From Obrimoposthia wandeli (lineage: Eukaryota), in contig CDROCS010001101.1 of the NCBI GenBank assembly GCA_977020255.1, forward strand, positions 310,001 through 374,000: a DNA stretch of 64,000 bases. Direction: 5' to 3'. This document shows positions 52,894-62,491 of the stretch, piece by piece. The notes under the pieces are model-generated. The model worked only from the letters and a program-made list of their open reading frames with translations, had not been told where the DNA came from and did not search any database. Position 1 is the stretch's first letter. Every line of letters starts with the position of its first letter. The position numbers and the translations under genes were made by a program.

Positions 52894-53955
52894 CTACTCC
52901 TTAATTAATTGATTATAAGCTTTAATCATCGTTCTGATATCAAAGTACTTAATGATAAAATCACGTGGGTTATATTCACTTGTCCGTTTCATCTGTGTTT
53001 GGATCGCTATGTGAAATTCATTAACCGTATTTACCGTAATCAAATGCCCGGTTTTCTGACATACACCTTCACGCACAGCACCAACATCACTACAGAGAAC
53101 GGGTACGTTACAAGACTGAGACTCTAAAATAGATAAAGGTAAGCCTTCATTAGATGAGGTTAATACAAACAAATCTAACTGATGATAAAAACCAACCATA
53201 TCATCAACATAACCAATAAATTTAACTTTAGTTGATAGGTCTAGTTCTTGCACTAGTTTATTCAAATTTCGTTTTTCTGGGCCATCACCAGCAATATATA
53301 GCTCAACACCTGGAATATCCGCAACCGATTTTATCAAGATATCTAATGATTTCTCTTTTACTAATCTCGCCGCACAACCGATCTTAAACACTCTGCTATT
53401 CGGCTTATAACGCAAGTGATGTAAACAAGGTAAAAATTTTTCGGTATCAATACCATTCAAAATGGTCACAGGTTTAACACCTAGACCGAGTACTTGCGAT
53501 AATTGCACTCCAACAGCCTCTGCATCGGCAACTAAAGTAATATGATTTAATCGCAGCATTAACTTAGTCATTTGTAATTGCTTATTATCACGTAAATGCC
53601 ATGCATCATGTTCGGTATGAATATGCTGTATATTAGCTAATCGTAGTGTTGCCATTACGCCATAAAGTAGCGGCCCTATGTGATGGGTATGGATAATGTC
53701 AGCACGTAGCATCGTTAATACTTTTTTTAACCGTTTTATTGTCGACAGCTTGAACCCCGGCGCTTTGTCCAAAAATATCAACCGTTCTTGATAAGCTTTA
53801 AGCGTCGGCCATTGCTGTAAACACGCTGATTTTTCACCTTCCAACGCAACAATATACACCTCGATACCAGAATCTTGTAACCGCATGATATCAAAAACTA
53901 ATTTCTCAATACCTCCCGGTTTTAAATGCTGAATTATTTCAACCATGATTTTCAT
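52894..53955 (-). CDS. GT4 glycosyltransferase (SypP-like)
   Basis: HLKPGGIE, HTEH, NGID, CAARL..EK, IAGDG, EGLPLSILE. ATG 53955 follows an AAGGA SD. Confidence 0.9.
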   Translation of the reverse strand: MKIMVEIIQHLKPGGIEKLVFDIMRLQDSGIEVYIVALEGEKSACLQQWPTLKAYQERLIFLDKAPGFKLSTIKRLKKVLTMLRADIIHTHHIGPLLYGVMATLRLANIQHIHTEHDAWHLRDNKQLQMTKLMLRLNHITLVADAEAVGVQLSQVLGLGVKPVTILNGIDTEKFLPCLHHLRYKPNSRVFKIGCAARLVKEKSLDILIKSVADIPGVELYIAGDGPEKRNLNKLVQELDLSTKVKFIGYVDDMVGFYHQLDLFVLTSSNEGLPLSILESQSCNVPVLCSDVGAVREGVCQKTGHLITVNTVNEFHIAIQTQMKRTSEYNPRDFIIKYFDIRTMIKAYNQLIKE

Positions 53956-55408
53956 TATTGCTGTCCTTTTCATAATCAATCGAAGGTAATCGCGCAAGAA
54001 TATTCATATCATCAAAAACACTGATTTTTTTAATATGCCACAACGTATCATCTAATAACTCGACCAAGACAGTCAAACCGATACCACCACCAATACCGCC
54101 TATCAAACCAACGACAAGGTAGACAAGCAAGGTTAAATTAGTCGGATAACCAGGTGTGAATGCTCTATCGATCACTTTGATCTTTTCAGATTCTTCATGA
54201 CGTCCTAACTCGCCTGTAACCTTAGCCATTTCATGGCGATTAAGCAGATCATGATAGAGTTTAGTATTCACAGACAAGTCCCGTTCCAGTGCACTAAGCT
54301 CCTTCGCTACATCTGCCTCCATCGCCACATTATTGGTTAACTGCTTAGATTGTTTGTGCAACATTGCAATTTCATTCTCTAACTGAATAACCCGTGACTG
54401 CGCCGTTTGTAGATTTTCTAACTGTGATAGCAATAGTGAAGGCCTTTTATTCTCTCCATCACCACCCTCAACCACAGAGGCTAGATTCCACAATTGATTT
54501 AGCTGCTCATCAGTCAACTCAACATTTTTACTGAGTAACTTCTGCTGCTCATTTTTTAAATTATTTAACTGTAATTCGACAGATTGTACTTTTGAATGAC
54601 TGCGCGTGTAGCTTGCTTTCAATAATGACAGTTTCGCTTCTGCCGATACAATTTGCTCTTCAACGATACCAATCACCGGATTCGTTTGAGCTAATTTAAG
54701 TTTCAAACTTTTTAACTGCCCATAAGCACCAGACAATTCAATGTCTTTATCGCGAATGTCTCTGTACATAGAAAACAAAGTTTGATTGTTTTGCATAAAT
54801 AATTCAGGTAATACACCAAGGTGCTCACGACGAAAGGCAGCCATTTTTCCTTCTGCAATCACGAGTTTTTCGCGTCTTAAATCGAGCTGCGCAAGTAAAA
54901 ACTTTTCTGATGAAATAATCGATGCCCGGCTGGGTGCCATTAAGCTTTCAATGAACAATTGGCTAACTGAATTTAAAATAGACTCCATTTGGCCTGGTTC
55001 ATCCCATTTCAGGGTAATAATAACCAAGTCCGTACCAGATAAGGTTAATGTGATCGCATCTGAAAGTTGACCGACAATCAAATCCCTTGAGCGATAATCA
55101 CTATTTTCATCTATTAGGCTATTTTGTTCTGCAACCGTGAATAAAATATGTCGACTATGCACTAATACCCGTAACGCGACCATACGGTCTTCAAGGTTAA
55201 AAGACACCGATAAATCTTCAAGAAACGGGTTAAGCAATGCACTTTCTTGGACCAAAATAGAAGTGTGAGATATATACCGTTTAGGGGTCAGAATACTCAT
55301 AGAGAACGCAATTAAGATCGCCAAAATAATAGAAATACTGGAATAATAACGGCGACGCCACATTATTTCGATAAACTGATAAATATTACCCCAAATAATC
55401 GTACCCAT
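53939..55408 (-). CDS. Polysaccharide co-polymerase / chain-length determinant (Wzz/GumC, SypO-like), no kinase domain
   Basis: WRRRY + TM, LVQESALLNPFLEDLSV, long coiled coil, Y.DLL.R.E.AKVTG.LG, KVID, C-terminal TM. Confidence 0.88.
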   Translation of the reverse strand: MGTIIWGNIYQFIEIMWRRRYYSSISIILAILIAFSMSILTPKRYISHTSILVQESALLNPFLEDLSVSFNLEDRMVALRVLVHSRHILFTVAEQNSLIDENSDYRSRDLIVGQLSDAITLTLSGTDLVIITLKWDEPGQMESILNSVSQLFIESLMAPSRASIISSEKFLLAQLDLRREKLVIAEGKMAAFRREHLGVLPELFMQNNQTLFSMYRDIRDKDIELSGAYGQLKSLKLKLAQTNPVIGIVEEQIVSAEAKLSLLKASYTRSHSKVQSVELQLNNLKNEQQKLLSKNVELTDEQLNQLWNLASVVEGGDGENKRPSLLLSQLENLQTAQSRVIQLENEIAMLHKQSKQLTNNVAMEADVAKELSALERDLSVNTKLYHDLLNRHEMAKVTGELGRHEESEKIKVIDRAFTPGYPTNLTLLVYLVVGLIGGIGGGIGLTVLVELLDDTLWHIKKISVFDDMNILARLPSIDYEKDSNNENHG

Positions 55409-55410
55409 AA

Positions 55411-55941
55411 TTACAACCGAGTACTTTTGAGTAAGCCTACAGGTTTCTGCGTTGACACCCCTGTTGTTTGGATAATGTTCTCCTCAATAAGAACTGAGTC
55501 GAACGCTACAGCGGGATCGTAACTAATTCGAATAACCTCATTATGCTTCGCTAACGCTTTAATAACAGATTGCACACGTTGGTGGCCAATCGATAAAGCA
55601 GCATAATCACTCTCTGCTTTTGCTTTCCCATAACTTATGATCGCACCATTTTGCCAATCGTATAAATAAAGCAACCGCTTATTCTGACTATCGGTTAACA
55701 TCACTTGTTTATATTCAAACACAAAATTTAATTTTCTTGCCGTTACTGCCGATTCATTAGCCGAATTAGCAGAATTAGCAGAATTAGCAGAATTAGCAGA
55801 GGTATTATTCGACAATTCGGTAAGTTGCCCTGCCATTTCCATCGACATATCTTCTGGTGCACTCGCGCACCCATATAGCAATACCAAAGGAACGAACATC
55901 AGTTTAACTCGCGCACGTTGATAATGAATAAATCCGTTCAT
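55411..55941 (-). CDS. Putative lipoprotein with a degenerate OmpA-like C-terminal domain
   Basis: Lipobox-like LYGC, SAN-repeat linker, FEYKQVMLTDSQ and LSIGHQRVQSV resembling the OmpA_C pattern. Confidence 0.6.
   Translation of the reverse strand: MNGFIHYQRARVKLMFVPLVLLYGCASAPEDMSMEMAGQLTELSNNTSANSANSANSANSANESAVTARKLNFVFEYKQVMLTDSQNKRLLYLYDWQNGAIISYGKAKAESDYAALSIGHQRVQSVIKALAKHNEVIRISYDPAVAFDSVLIEENIIQTTGVSTQKPVGLLKSTRL
55756..55800. repeat. 9-nt in-frame tandem repeat (gaattagca x4 perfect, about 5 in total), encoding (SAN)5
   Basis: Read directly at 55763-55798 plus partial flanks. Confidence 0.92.
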
Positions 55942-55989
55942 ATTACACTCCCTTACTCTTATACATCTGTTGCTGTTATACAGATGACT

Positions 55990-57204
55990 TTACATTAATG
56001 ATGCAACGTCGATTTTTTCTGCCACTAGTCGAGTGACAAGTTCACAACGAGCTTGCCAACTTGCTGTTTCAACCCTTTTTCGTGATCTACTTTTTAACTT
56101 AACTAATGCCTTGGGCGACAAAGCAAGCGCTTGATTTAACTGTGCTAACATTTCATATTTATCCTCAGCCACATAGATACAATCAGCAAACGGCAATACA
56201 GCAGGATATCGAGTACTTAGAATAGGCTGGCCGATAGCGAGGTATTCCCTTAATTTTAATGGATTACAGGCACGTATTTGCTCATTATCAACAAAGGGAA
56301 TAAGTGATACTTGCCAATTAGCTGCATATTGAATCAGTTGTTCGTGAGGCATATTGGGCAAATGAATAAGATTGCTCGCTTTAAAAAGTTCACAATTAAC
56401 AATTTCAATTTTGCCAATAAATAAAAACGTCACATCAGGTCTAGATTGCGCAAGAAACGTGATTAATTCAAAATCCAACCACGTCGTAATACTGCCATAA
56501 TAACCAACAACTAAATCTGATTTAGGGTAGTTATCTGGACGTTTATGGCTACTAGAAAAGTGTACTAGGTCAACCCCGTGAGGTAATACATAGGTTTTGT
56601 CTTGTGGATATTGTCGTGCTATTACCTCACTCGCTGCAAAGATAATATCAGCCTCTTCAACAAGTGCGATCTCTTCCCGTCTCACTTGCTTATGATCAAC
56701 ACCATTTAATGCACTAAAATCATCACCAGCATAATAAACCACCACATCTTCTTCTAATGCTCCAATAACACAGCGAGCGGTCGGTAATGAGAGCCACAAT
56801 ATTCTGGGTACCTTGTCCTCGGTTTCATTTTTACCAAGCAACGCACGAGTTTGATACGTCAGTAATAAACGATTTATCACATAAGCAACCTGGCAACCTG
56901 GCCAAGGGATCGCAACAGGGGCCAGTATAGCCAAAGGTTGCACATCATTTGTTAATGTTGACTCACCCTGATTAAAGTCATTATTTGTGGCATGTTTTAA
57001 CTGCTTAAACTTTTCAATAATACGTTTACTATCGCTTAATTTAGGTTTTCTCAAGCCAATAGAATTAACCCAATATAACTGATTATTTACAGCCATACAT
57101 TTCATTAAATGTTGTGTACTACTGGGATGGCGTCCCCAATCTTCACCAAATACAATCCATTGCCAATTTGTCAGAGTGCGCTGTTTTATAGTGTCTTTTT
57201 TCAT
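55990..57204 (-). CDS. GT-B glycosyltransferase (TuaH/SypN-like)
   Basis: FGEDWGRHPSSTQHL, WVNSIGLR.P, YYAGDDF, PHGVD, ACNPLKLREYLA.G. Confidence 0.88.
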   Translation of the reverse strand: MKKDTIKQRTLTNWQWIVFGEDWGRHPSSTQHLMKCMAVNNQLYWVNSIGLRKPKLSDSKRIIEKFKQLKHATNNDFNQGESTLTNDVQPLAILAPVAIPWPGCQVAYVINRLLLTYQTRALLGKNETEDKVPRILWLSLPTARCVIGALEEDVVVYYAGDDFSALNGVDHKQVRREEIALVEEADIIFAASEVIARQYPQDKTYVLPHGVDLVHFSSSHKRPDNYPKSDLVVGYYGSITTWLDFELITFLAQSRPDVTFLFIGKIEIVNCELFKASNLIHLPNMPHEQLIQYAANWQVSLIPFVDNEQIRACNPLKLREYLAIGQPILSTRYPAVLPFADCIYVAEDKYEMLAQLNQALALSPKALVKLKSRSRKRVETASWQARCELVTRLVAEKIDVASLM

Positions 57205-57905
57205 AATGCTTTAATGACCTTAGCTGGAATGCCACCAGCAAGTACACCCGCAGGTAAATCATGGGTGACAATACTTCCAGCAGCGACGATGGTGCCCTCA
57301 CCGATAGTCACACCCGCCATGACACTCACGCCAGTCGCCAGCCACACGTCACGTTTAAGTATAATGTCACCAACTTGCGATTCATGATCTGCAGCGCCCG
57401 CAGCACGCTCTTGTGCATCTATCGGATGTCCTGGGTAACCAGCAAGAAATACCCGGCCAGCTAATCTGACATTATCTTCAATAATAATATTGCCTCCGAC
57501 GGCAATATTATTCTGCCAATTAATATCGACATTATTACCAATGATTAACCTAGATGGTTTGCCATTCATACTACGGCCACTTAATGTTGATATGCCAGAC
57601 ACACGGCAGTTATCACCGAGCGCAATGGTTAAATGACCAAGTATCAAAGGCATGCCTGAATACAAATACAGCTTACTGGGTTTGGTTAGTAATCGACTTT
57701 TAAATAATGGTGTCCAGTAGATAACTCTTAACATATTGGCCAAAAGTTGGGATATAAAAAGGTGAGTTCTTAAAATAAAAGGATGTAAAACAGGGACTAC
57801 TGGAATAGAAAATTGCATTAACCCTCGGATATAACGATGGCAGGTTCTAGCTGGTCGGCTATCTTCTCTCTTCAGCCACAGCTTTAATGAATTAAGCATA
57901 TCCAT
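57201..57905 (-). CDS. Hexapeptide-repeat (LbH) O-acyltransferase (SypM-like)
   Basis: LYSGMP, IIGNNVDI, HP.D...R..G, VWL..GV.V..GVTIGEG.IVAAGSIVT..LP...LAGG.PA. Confidence 0.88.
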   Translation of the reverse strand: MDMLNSLKLWLKREDSRPARTCHRYIRGLMQFSIPVVPVLHPFILRTHLFISQLLANMLRVIYWTPLFKSRLLTKPSKLYLYSGMPLILGHLTIALGDNCRVSGISTLSGRSMNGKPSRLIIGNNVDINWQNNIAVGGNIIIEDNVRLAGRVFLAGYPGHPIDAQERAAGAADHESQVGDIILKRDVWLATGVSVMAGVTIGEGTIVAAGSIVTHDLPAGVLAGGIPAKVIKAL

Positions 57906-58093
57906 ATAATTACGTCCTTTGCCATTACTGAATCATTTAGCAAGAATAGACCATATAAAAACAATAGGTTAAATAAGCTTGAAAAATAATAAAGATTAAA
58001 ATCAGCTACATCACAGCCGATATTATTTAAATCGACTAAGCTCATTATTAATGCAAAGGATTTGTCATTTAAAGAAATTAAGGTGGTGCGAAG

Positions 58094-59017
58094 ATGAAAC
58101 CAATCGTGAGCGTCATTATTCCAAGTAAGGACTGCCTTTCTACTCTACCTCGCGCAATTGAAAGTGTTTGGCTGCAAGGTATTAAAAAAATTGAAATCGT
58201 AATTATTGATGATGGTTCCACAGATAAAAGCTGGGAATGGATATGTCAATTATGCCGTAAACACAATAATATTATTGCATTAAAGTTAGACTCTGAAGGT
58301 TCCTCAACGGCACGAAATCATGCAGCTAGGCTTGCTAGTGGTACATACATTGCTTTTCTAGATGCCGACACATTTTGGTATCAACACAAGTTACAACAAC
58401 AAATAACATTTATGGAAGACAATCCACAAGTGGGCATTAGCTTTACTAATTGTGAGGTAATGAACGAAAAAAGTGAAGTAACACATGACCGCTTTACCTG
58501 TAGTGATGATTTCAAGCAACAGGCACTTCAGCAAACCCAAGATGCATTTGTCATTCCTCAAGGTGCTGCAACTATTTTTTCAGAGAATGTCATTGGTACA
58601 TCGACCGTACTTGTTAGGCGAGATCTGTACTTAGCGTTAGATGGCTTTGACCATAATATAAAGTTAGTCTCTGATTGGGACCTTTGGCTAAAATTTGCAT
58701 TACACACAGCGATAGGTTGTATCAAAAAACCATTAACCGCTAGCGTCTGCAAAAAAATAGTGGTTAGTAATCAAATGAAACAATTAAAAGCAATGGAACA
58801 AGTCATCAAGCGCTATGAAAACAAAATAAAAACAATTGACCCTTACGCGGTGCATTCTGCGCATGCACATTTATTAGCGTCCTATGCTCAATATTACCGT
58901 CAAAAGTCTTGCCCTCGCAAAGCCTTAGCTTGTGATTTCAAGGCTTTGTGTGAACAACCCACTCCACAGCATTTTCGCAATATATTAACCGACTTGAAAC
59001 TCACTATCCAAATGTAG
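58094..59017 (+). CDS. GT2 family glycosyltransferase, divergent from the polysaccharide operon
   Basis: VSVIIP, IIDDGSTD, ARN, IAFLDAD, SDWDLWL. Confidence 0.9.
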   Translation: MKPIVSVIIPSKDCLSTLPRAIESVWLQGIKKIEIVIIDDGSTDKSWEWICQLCRKHNNIIALKLDSEGSSTARNHAARLASGTYIAFLDADTFWYQHKLQQQITFMEDNPQVGISFTNCEVMNEKSEVTHDRFTCSDDFKQQALQQTQDAFVIPQGAATIFSENVIGTSTVLVRRDLYLALDGFDHNIKLVSDWDLWLKFALHTAIGCIKKPLTASVCKKIVVSNQMKQLKAMEQVIKRYENKIKTIDPYAVHSAHAHLLASYAQYYRQKSCPRKALACDFKALCEQPTPQHFRNILTDLKLTIQM

Positions 59018-59145
59018 TCGAGAGGAGAATAGCTGAATACGTGTTCATTCATTACCACGCCGGCTAACTCATAAAGCACCTACCATAACGATAAGTAATA
59101 TATCGAAATAGTACGTAATGACGTTATAAGTAAGCCTTATTATTC

Positions 59146-59189
59146 ACCTGTGATCTACCTGATATTAACCTGTGATCAACCTGCTATTA
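59146..59189. repeat. 22-nt direct repeat x2 with an 11-nt sub-period at the ybgI stop
   Basis: acctgtgatctacctgatatta / acctgtgatcaacctgctatta. Confidence 0.8.
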
Positions 59190-59948
59190 AACTGGGTTAT
59201 CAATATCAATAAAGGTAACGTCTAGACCTTTCTCTTCAGCCAGCCATTCACCTAAAGCTTTAACACCATAACGTTCAGTCGCATGATGCCCCGCAGCGAA
59301 GAAACTCATGCCCGCTTCACGTGCCAAATGGATTGTTTGTTCAGAAGCTTCACCACTAATGAATGCATCAATACCCTGCTCTATCGCCAGTTCGATATAG
59401 CTTTGACCGCCACCTGTACACCAAGCAACAGATTTAATCGGCTTACCAGCATCCACAACAAGAGGTGCACGGTTAAGTTGAATTTCAATACGCAGCGTTA
59501 GCTCTGCCGTTGAGATTTCCTCTTCAAACTTGCCAACCAAAGCAACACTGGCTTTATCCCAAGGTTCTAAGCCACGGCGTACGGTAATTCCCAGTAATTT
59601 AGCCAATTCTACGTTATTACCCAGTTCAGGGTGAATATCGAGCGGTAAGTGATACGCGTATAAATTGATATCATTTTTAATCAGCGTTTTAATGCGGTTA
59701 TATTTAATGCCCGTAATCGCTGGGGATTCATTTTTCCAAAAATAGCCATGATGAACTAAAATTGCATCAGCTTGCAGTTCGACAGCTGCATCGATTAATG
59801 CTTGAGACGCTGTGACACCAGTGACAACTTTTGTCACTGTGTCTTTACCCTGAACTTGCAATCCATTAACCGTAAAGTCACGTACGCGATGCGGTTGCAT
59901 AAATTCAGTTAAGATGTTTTCAAGTTTTTTATTGTTAAGAGAGGCCAT
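59187..59948 (-). CDS. ybgI: Nif3-like dinuclear metal-centre hexameric protein (DUF34)
   Basis: NGLQVQG, VHHG, YHLPLD.HP..GNN, CTGG, GHHATE. Confidence 0.95.
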   Translation of the reverse strand: MASLNNKKLENILTEFMQPHRVRDFTVNGLQVQGKDTVTKVVTGVTASQALIDAAVELQADAILVHHGYFWKNESPAITGIKYNRIKTLIKNDINLYAYHLPLDIHPELGNNVELAKLLGITVRRGLEPWDKASVALVGKFEEEISTAELTLRIEIQLNRAPLVVDAGKPIKSVAWCTGGGQSYIELAIEQGIDAFISGEASEQTIHLAREAGMSFFAAGHHATERYGVKALGEWLAEEKGLDVTFIDIDNPV

Positions 59949-60123
59949 GCCTGCTCCTCATGTTATTGGTGTATAGGTTAAGATTACATATATACGTTAA
60001 GTTTAAAGCTTAAGCAATCAACAACGCCCATGGGTAAATTTTAAGCGAAAAAAAACCACTACAACCACTGAGATATCAAAATCAAAGTCGTTGAGTGGTT
60101 TGTACGCGAGTTATTTAAACCGA

Positions 60124-60160
60124 GTTACATAGACCTAGCTATATAACTAGGTCTATAACT
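60124..60160. other. Inverted repeat immediately after the fabV stop
   Basis: atagacctag(60130-39)-N7/8-ctaggtctat(60147-56), extended by agtt/aact; no adjacent U tract. Confidence 0.65.
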
Positions 60161-61364
60161 AGCTCAGCGTAATTGGTTCAAAATCAACAATTGGATTAAC
60201 GTCAGCATCATAATCAACGCCTTCAATACCAAAACCAAATAATGCTAAGAACTCATCTTTGTAATATTGATAATCCGTTGTTTCGAATAAATTGTCATCA
60301 GTCACTTCATCCCACAACTTCACACAAGTCGCTTGAATGTCATCACGTAGTTCCCAGTCATCTAAACGTAGACGATTTTTGTCGTCTAATTTAGCATGAC
60401 TAATACCTTGCGGATAAAGTGAACCACGGAATAAACGTGAAATTTGCTCTAGACAACCTTCGTGTAAACCATGTTCTTTCATCACACGGAAAGCCATCGC
60501 AATGTAAAGCGGCATGACAGGAATAGCTGCACTTGCTTGAGTAACAACACTCTTAAGCACAGCAACATTAGCGCTACCGCCAGTCACTTTAAGGTCAGCA
60601 TCAATAGCGTGAGCGGCACGATCAAGATCTTGCTTCGCTTTACCTAATGCGCCATCCCAATAGATAGGCCAAGTAAGCTCGGTACCGATATAGCTATAAG
60701 CAACTGTTTTACAACCGTCAGATAATACGCCGGCATCAGATAATGCAGACATCCACAATTCCCAATCTTCACCACCCATAACGGTAATAGTATCTTGGAT
60801 CTCTTGCTCTGTCGCAGGTTCAACACTTGCTTCAAATAACGTGTTTTTATTGGTATCAACTGCTTTCGCTGTATATGTTTCACCAATTGGTTTTAGGCAA
60901 GAACGAACAACTTCGCCCGTGCTTGGTAATTTACGTACTGGCGATGCCAATGAGTAAACAACCAGATCAATTTGACCTAAATCTTCTTTAATTAGATTAA
61001 TTGCAGTTTGTTTTGCTTGATCAGAAAAAGCGTCGCCATTAATGCTCTTTGCATATAGGCCTTCTTCTGCAGCATATTTTTCAAATGCAGCACTGTTATA
61101 CCAACCAGCTGTACCCGGCTTTCTTTCTGTAGCCGGTTTTTCGAAAAATACACCAATCGTTGCAGCGCCACCACCGAATGCAGCAGTAATACGCGACGAA
61201 AGTCCGTAACCACTTGATGAGCCGACTACTAGAACACGTTTTGGTGCATTATCGATTGCGCCTTGTTCTTTATTATACTGTATCTGTTCTTTAACATTTA
61301 AATCACAACCAGTAGGATGAGTAGTGGTACAGATGAAGCCACGAGTTTTTGGTTTAATAATCAT
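60159..61364 (-). CDS. fabV: Enoyl-ACP reductase FabV (trans-2-enoyl-CoA reductase family)
   Basis: [45 protein letters not shown]8-K ([10 protein letters not shown]), FGF. ATG 61364 is preferred. Confidence 0.96.
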   Translation of the reverse strand: MIIKPKTRGFICTTTHPTGCDLNVKEQIQYNKEQGAIDNAPKRVLVVGSSSGYGLSSRITAAFGGGAATIGVFFEKPATERKPGTAGWYNSAAFEKYAAEEGLYAKSINGDAFSDQAKQTAINLIKEDLGQIDLVVYSLASPVRKLPSTGEVVRSCLKPIGETYTAKAVDTNKNTLFEASVEPATEQEIQDTITVMGGEDWELWMSALSDAGVLSDGCKTVAYSYIGTELTWPIYWDGALGKAKQDLDRAAHAIDADLKVTGGSANVAVLKSVVTQASAAIPVMPLYIAMAFRVMKEHGLHEGCLEQISRLFRGSLYPQGISHAKLDDKNRLRLDDWELRDDIQATCVKLWDEVTDDNLFETTDYQYYKDEFLALFGFGIEGVDYDADVNPIVDFEPITLS

Positions 61365-61679
61365 ATTATCTTCGCAATGTTGAGACACAGTGGACAGGAT
61401 AAAAGTTTCTGAAAAATTAAGCACCTATTTTTTGCCATTTTTCATCTGGTTGGAGTTCTAACCACAAAAAATAGAGGGTATTTGAGCAAACAAAATACGA
61501 TATGGAGTCATCACGAAGCAAGGAGACTACATAAACCCGCTATATTAACAGCGCGATATAAACAGGCTATGCATTAGGGTGCTTTTACACTAATATGCAG
61601 CCTTTATAACGTTTGCTTGCTCATTTAGATTTATCCTCATACGCAACAAATGCATTGTTAATAAATAGAGAAGAGTAAT

Positions 61680-62336
61680 ATGCAGAACATTAGCCAAGCT
61701 GAAACTTACCTATTCGATCTGGACGATACCCTTTATTGCCCTTCCTTAGGCATACTAAAGCAAGTTGAATCGCGGATGCACCACTTTATTGCTAACGCTC
61801 TTTCTCTGCCATTACACGAGGCAACTGTATTATCTAACCACTATTACAAGCGTTATGGCGGCACAGTTAAGGGGTTAGTAAAGCACCACAACATTAGCCG
61901 CGATGATTTCATTCATTATTGTCACGATGTGGATATGACGGCGTTAACAATTCAGCCAAACATTATCAGTCAGATAAACCAATTATCTGGTCGTAAAATA
62001 ATTTATACCAACTCACCAAAGCATTACGCGACCAAGGTTTTAACTAAGTTAGCTTTAATCGACAGTTTTGATGCTATATTTTCATTAGAAGATGCTAATT
62101 ATGAGCTAAAACCACACAATGCCAGCTACCAACAGCTTTGTGAGACACACGCCATTAATCACCATAAAACAGTGTTCTTTGATGATCAATTACGTAATCT
62201 AAAACCAGCAAAAGCCCTTGGTATGACTACGGTCTGGGTTTCAGGTTCAGAGCAAGTCGTGACAGATTTGAACTATACTGCAGATTACGAAACAAATAAT
62301 TTAACCCAGTTTTTCAACTTGTTACAAACAAGCTAA
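61680..62336 (+). CDS. HAD-family pyrimidine 5'-nucleotidase
   Basis: FDLDDTLY, Y..YGGT..GL, YTNS, LKP, FFDD..RNL..AK.LGM.T. Confidence 0.88.
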   Translation: MQNISQAETYLFDLDDTLYCPSLGILKQVESRMHHFIANALSLPLHEATVLSNHYYKRYGGTVKGLVKHHNISRDDFIHYCHDVDMTALTIQPNIISQINQLSGRKIIYTNSPKHYATKVLTKLALIDSFDAIFSLEDANYELKPHNASYQQLCETHAINHHKTVFFDDQLRNLKPAKALGMTTVWVSGSEQVVTDLNYTADYETNNLTQFFNLLQTS

Positions 62337-62356
62337 AGATTTATTGCCACTTTTAA

Positions 62357-62392
62357 TCGCAAAACACGTAGTAAGTGGCTATAATCCGCCCT
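62357..62392 (+). promoter_or_regulatory. Predicted sigma70 promoter of ygiQ with a GC-rich discriminator
   Basis: TCGCAA-N17-TATAAT followed by CCGCCC. Confidence 0.55.
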
Positions 62393-62491
62393 CAGTAACG
62401 ACTGGCGTTCTCATTGTTGTATTTATCCCAGTCGTGAAAATAGCCTTCGCAATTAACTTTGCGCACTAAAATTAATACCCAAGAGTACTTT

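Noticed and set aside
60124-60165. 12-nt tandem repeat with repeated stop codons after fabV
   Set aside because: Better explained as an inverted repeat (atagacctag/ctaggtctat); listed as a hairpin feature
61444-61460. FadR site upstream of fabV
   Set aside because: Only the left half-site (ATCTGGT) matches; the right half lacks ACCAG at the required spacing
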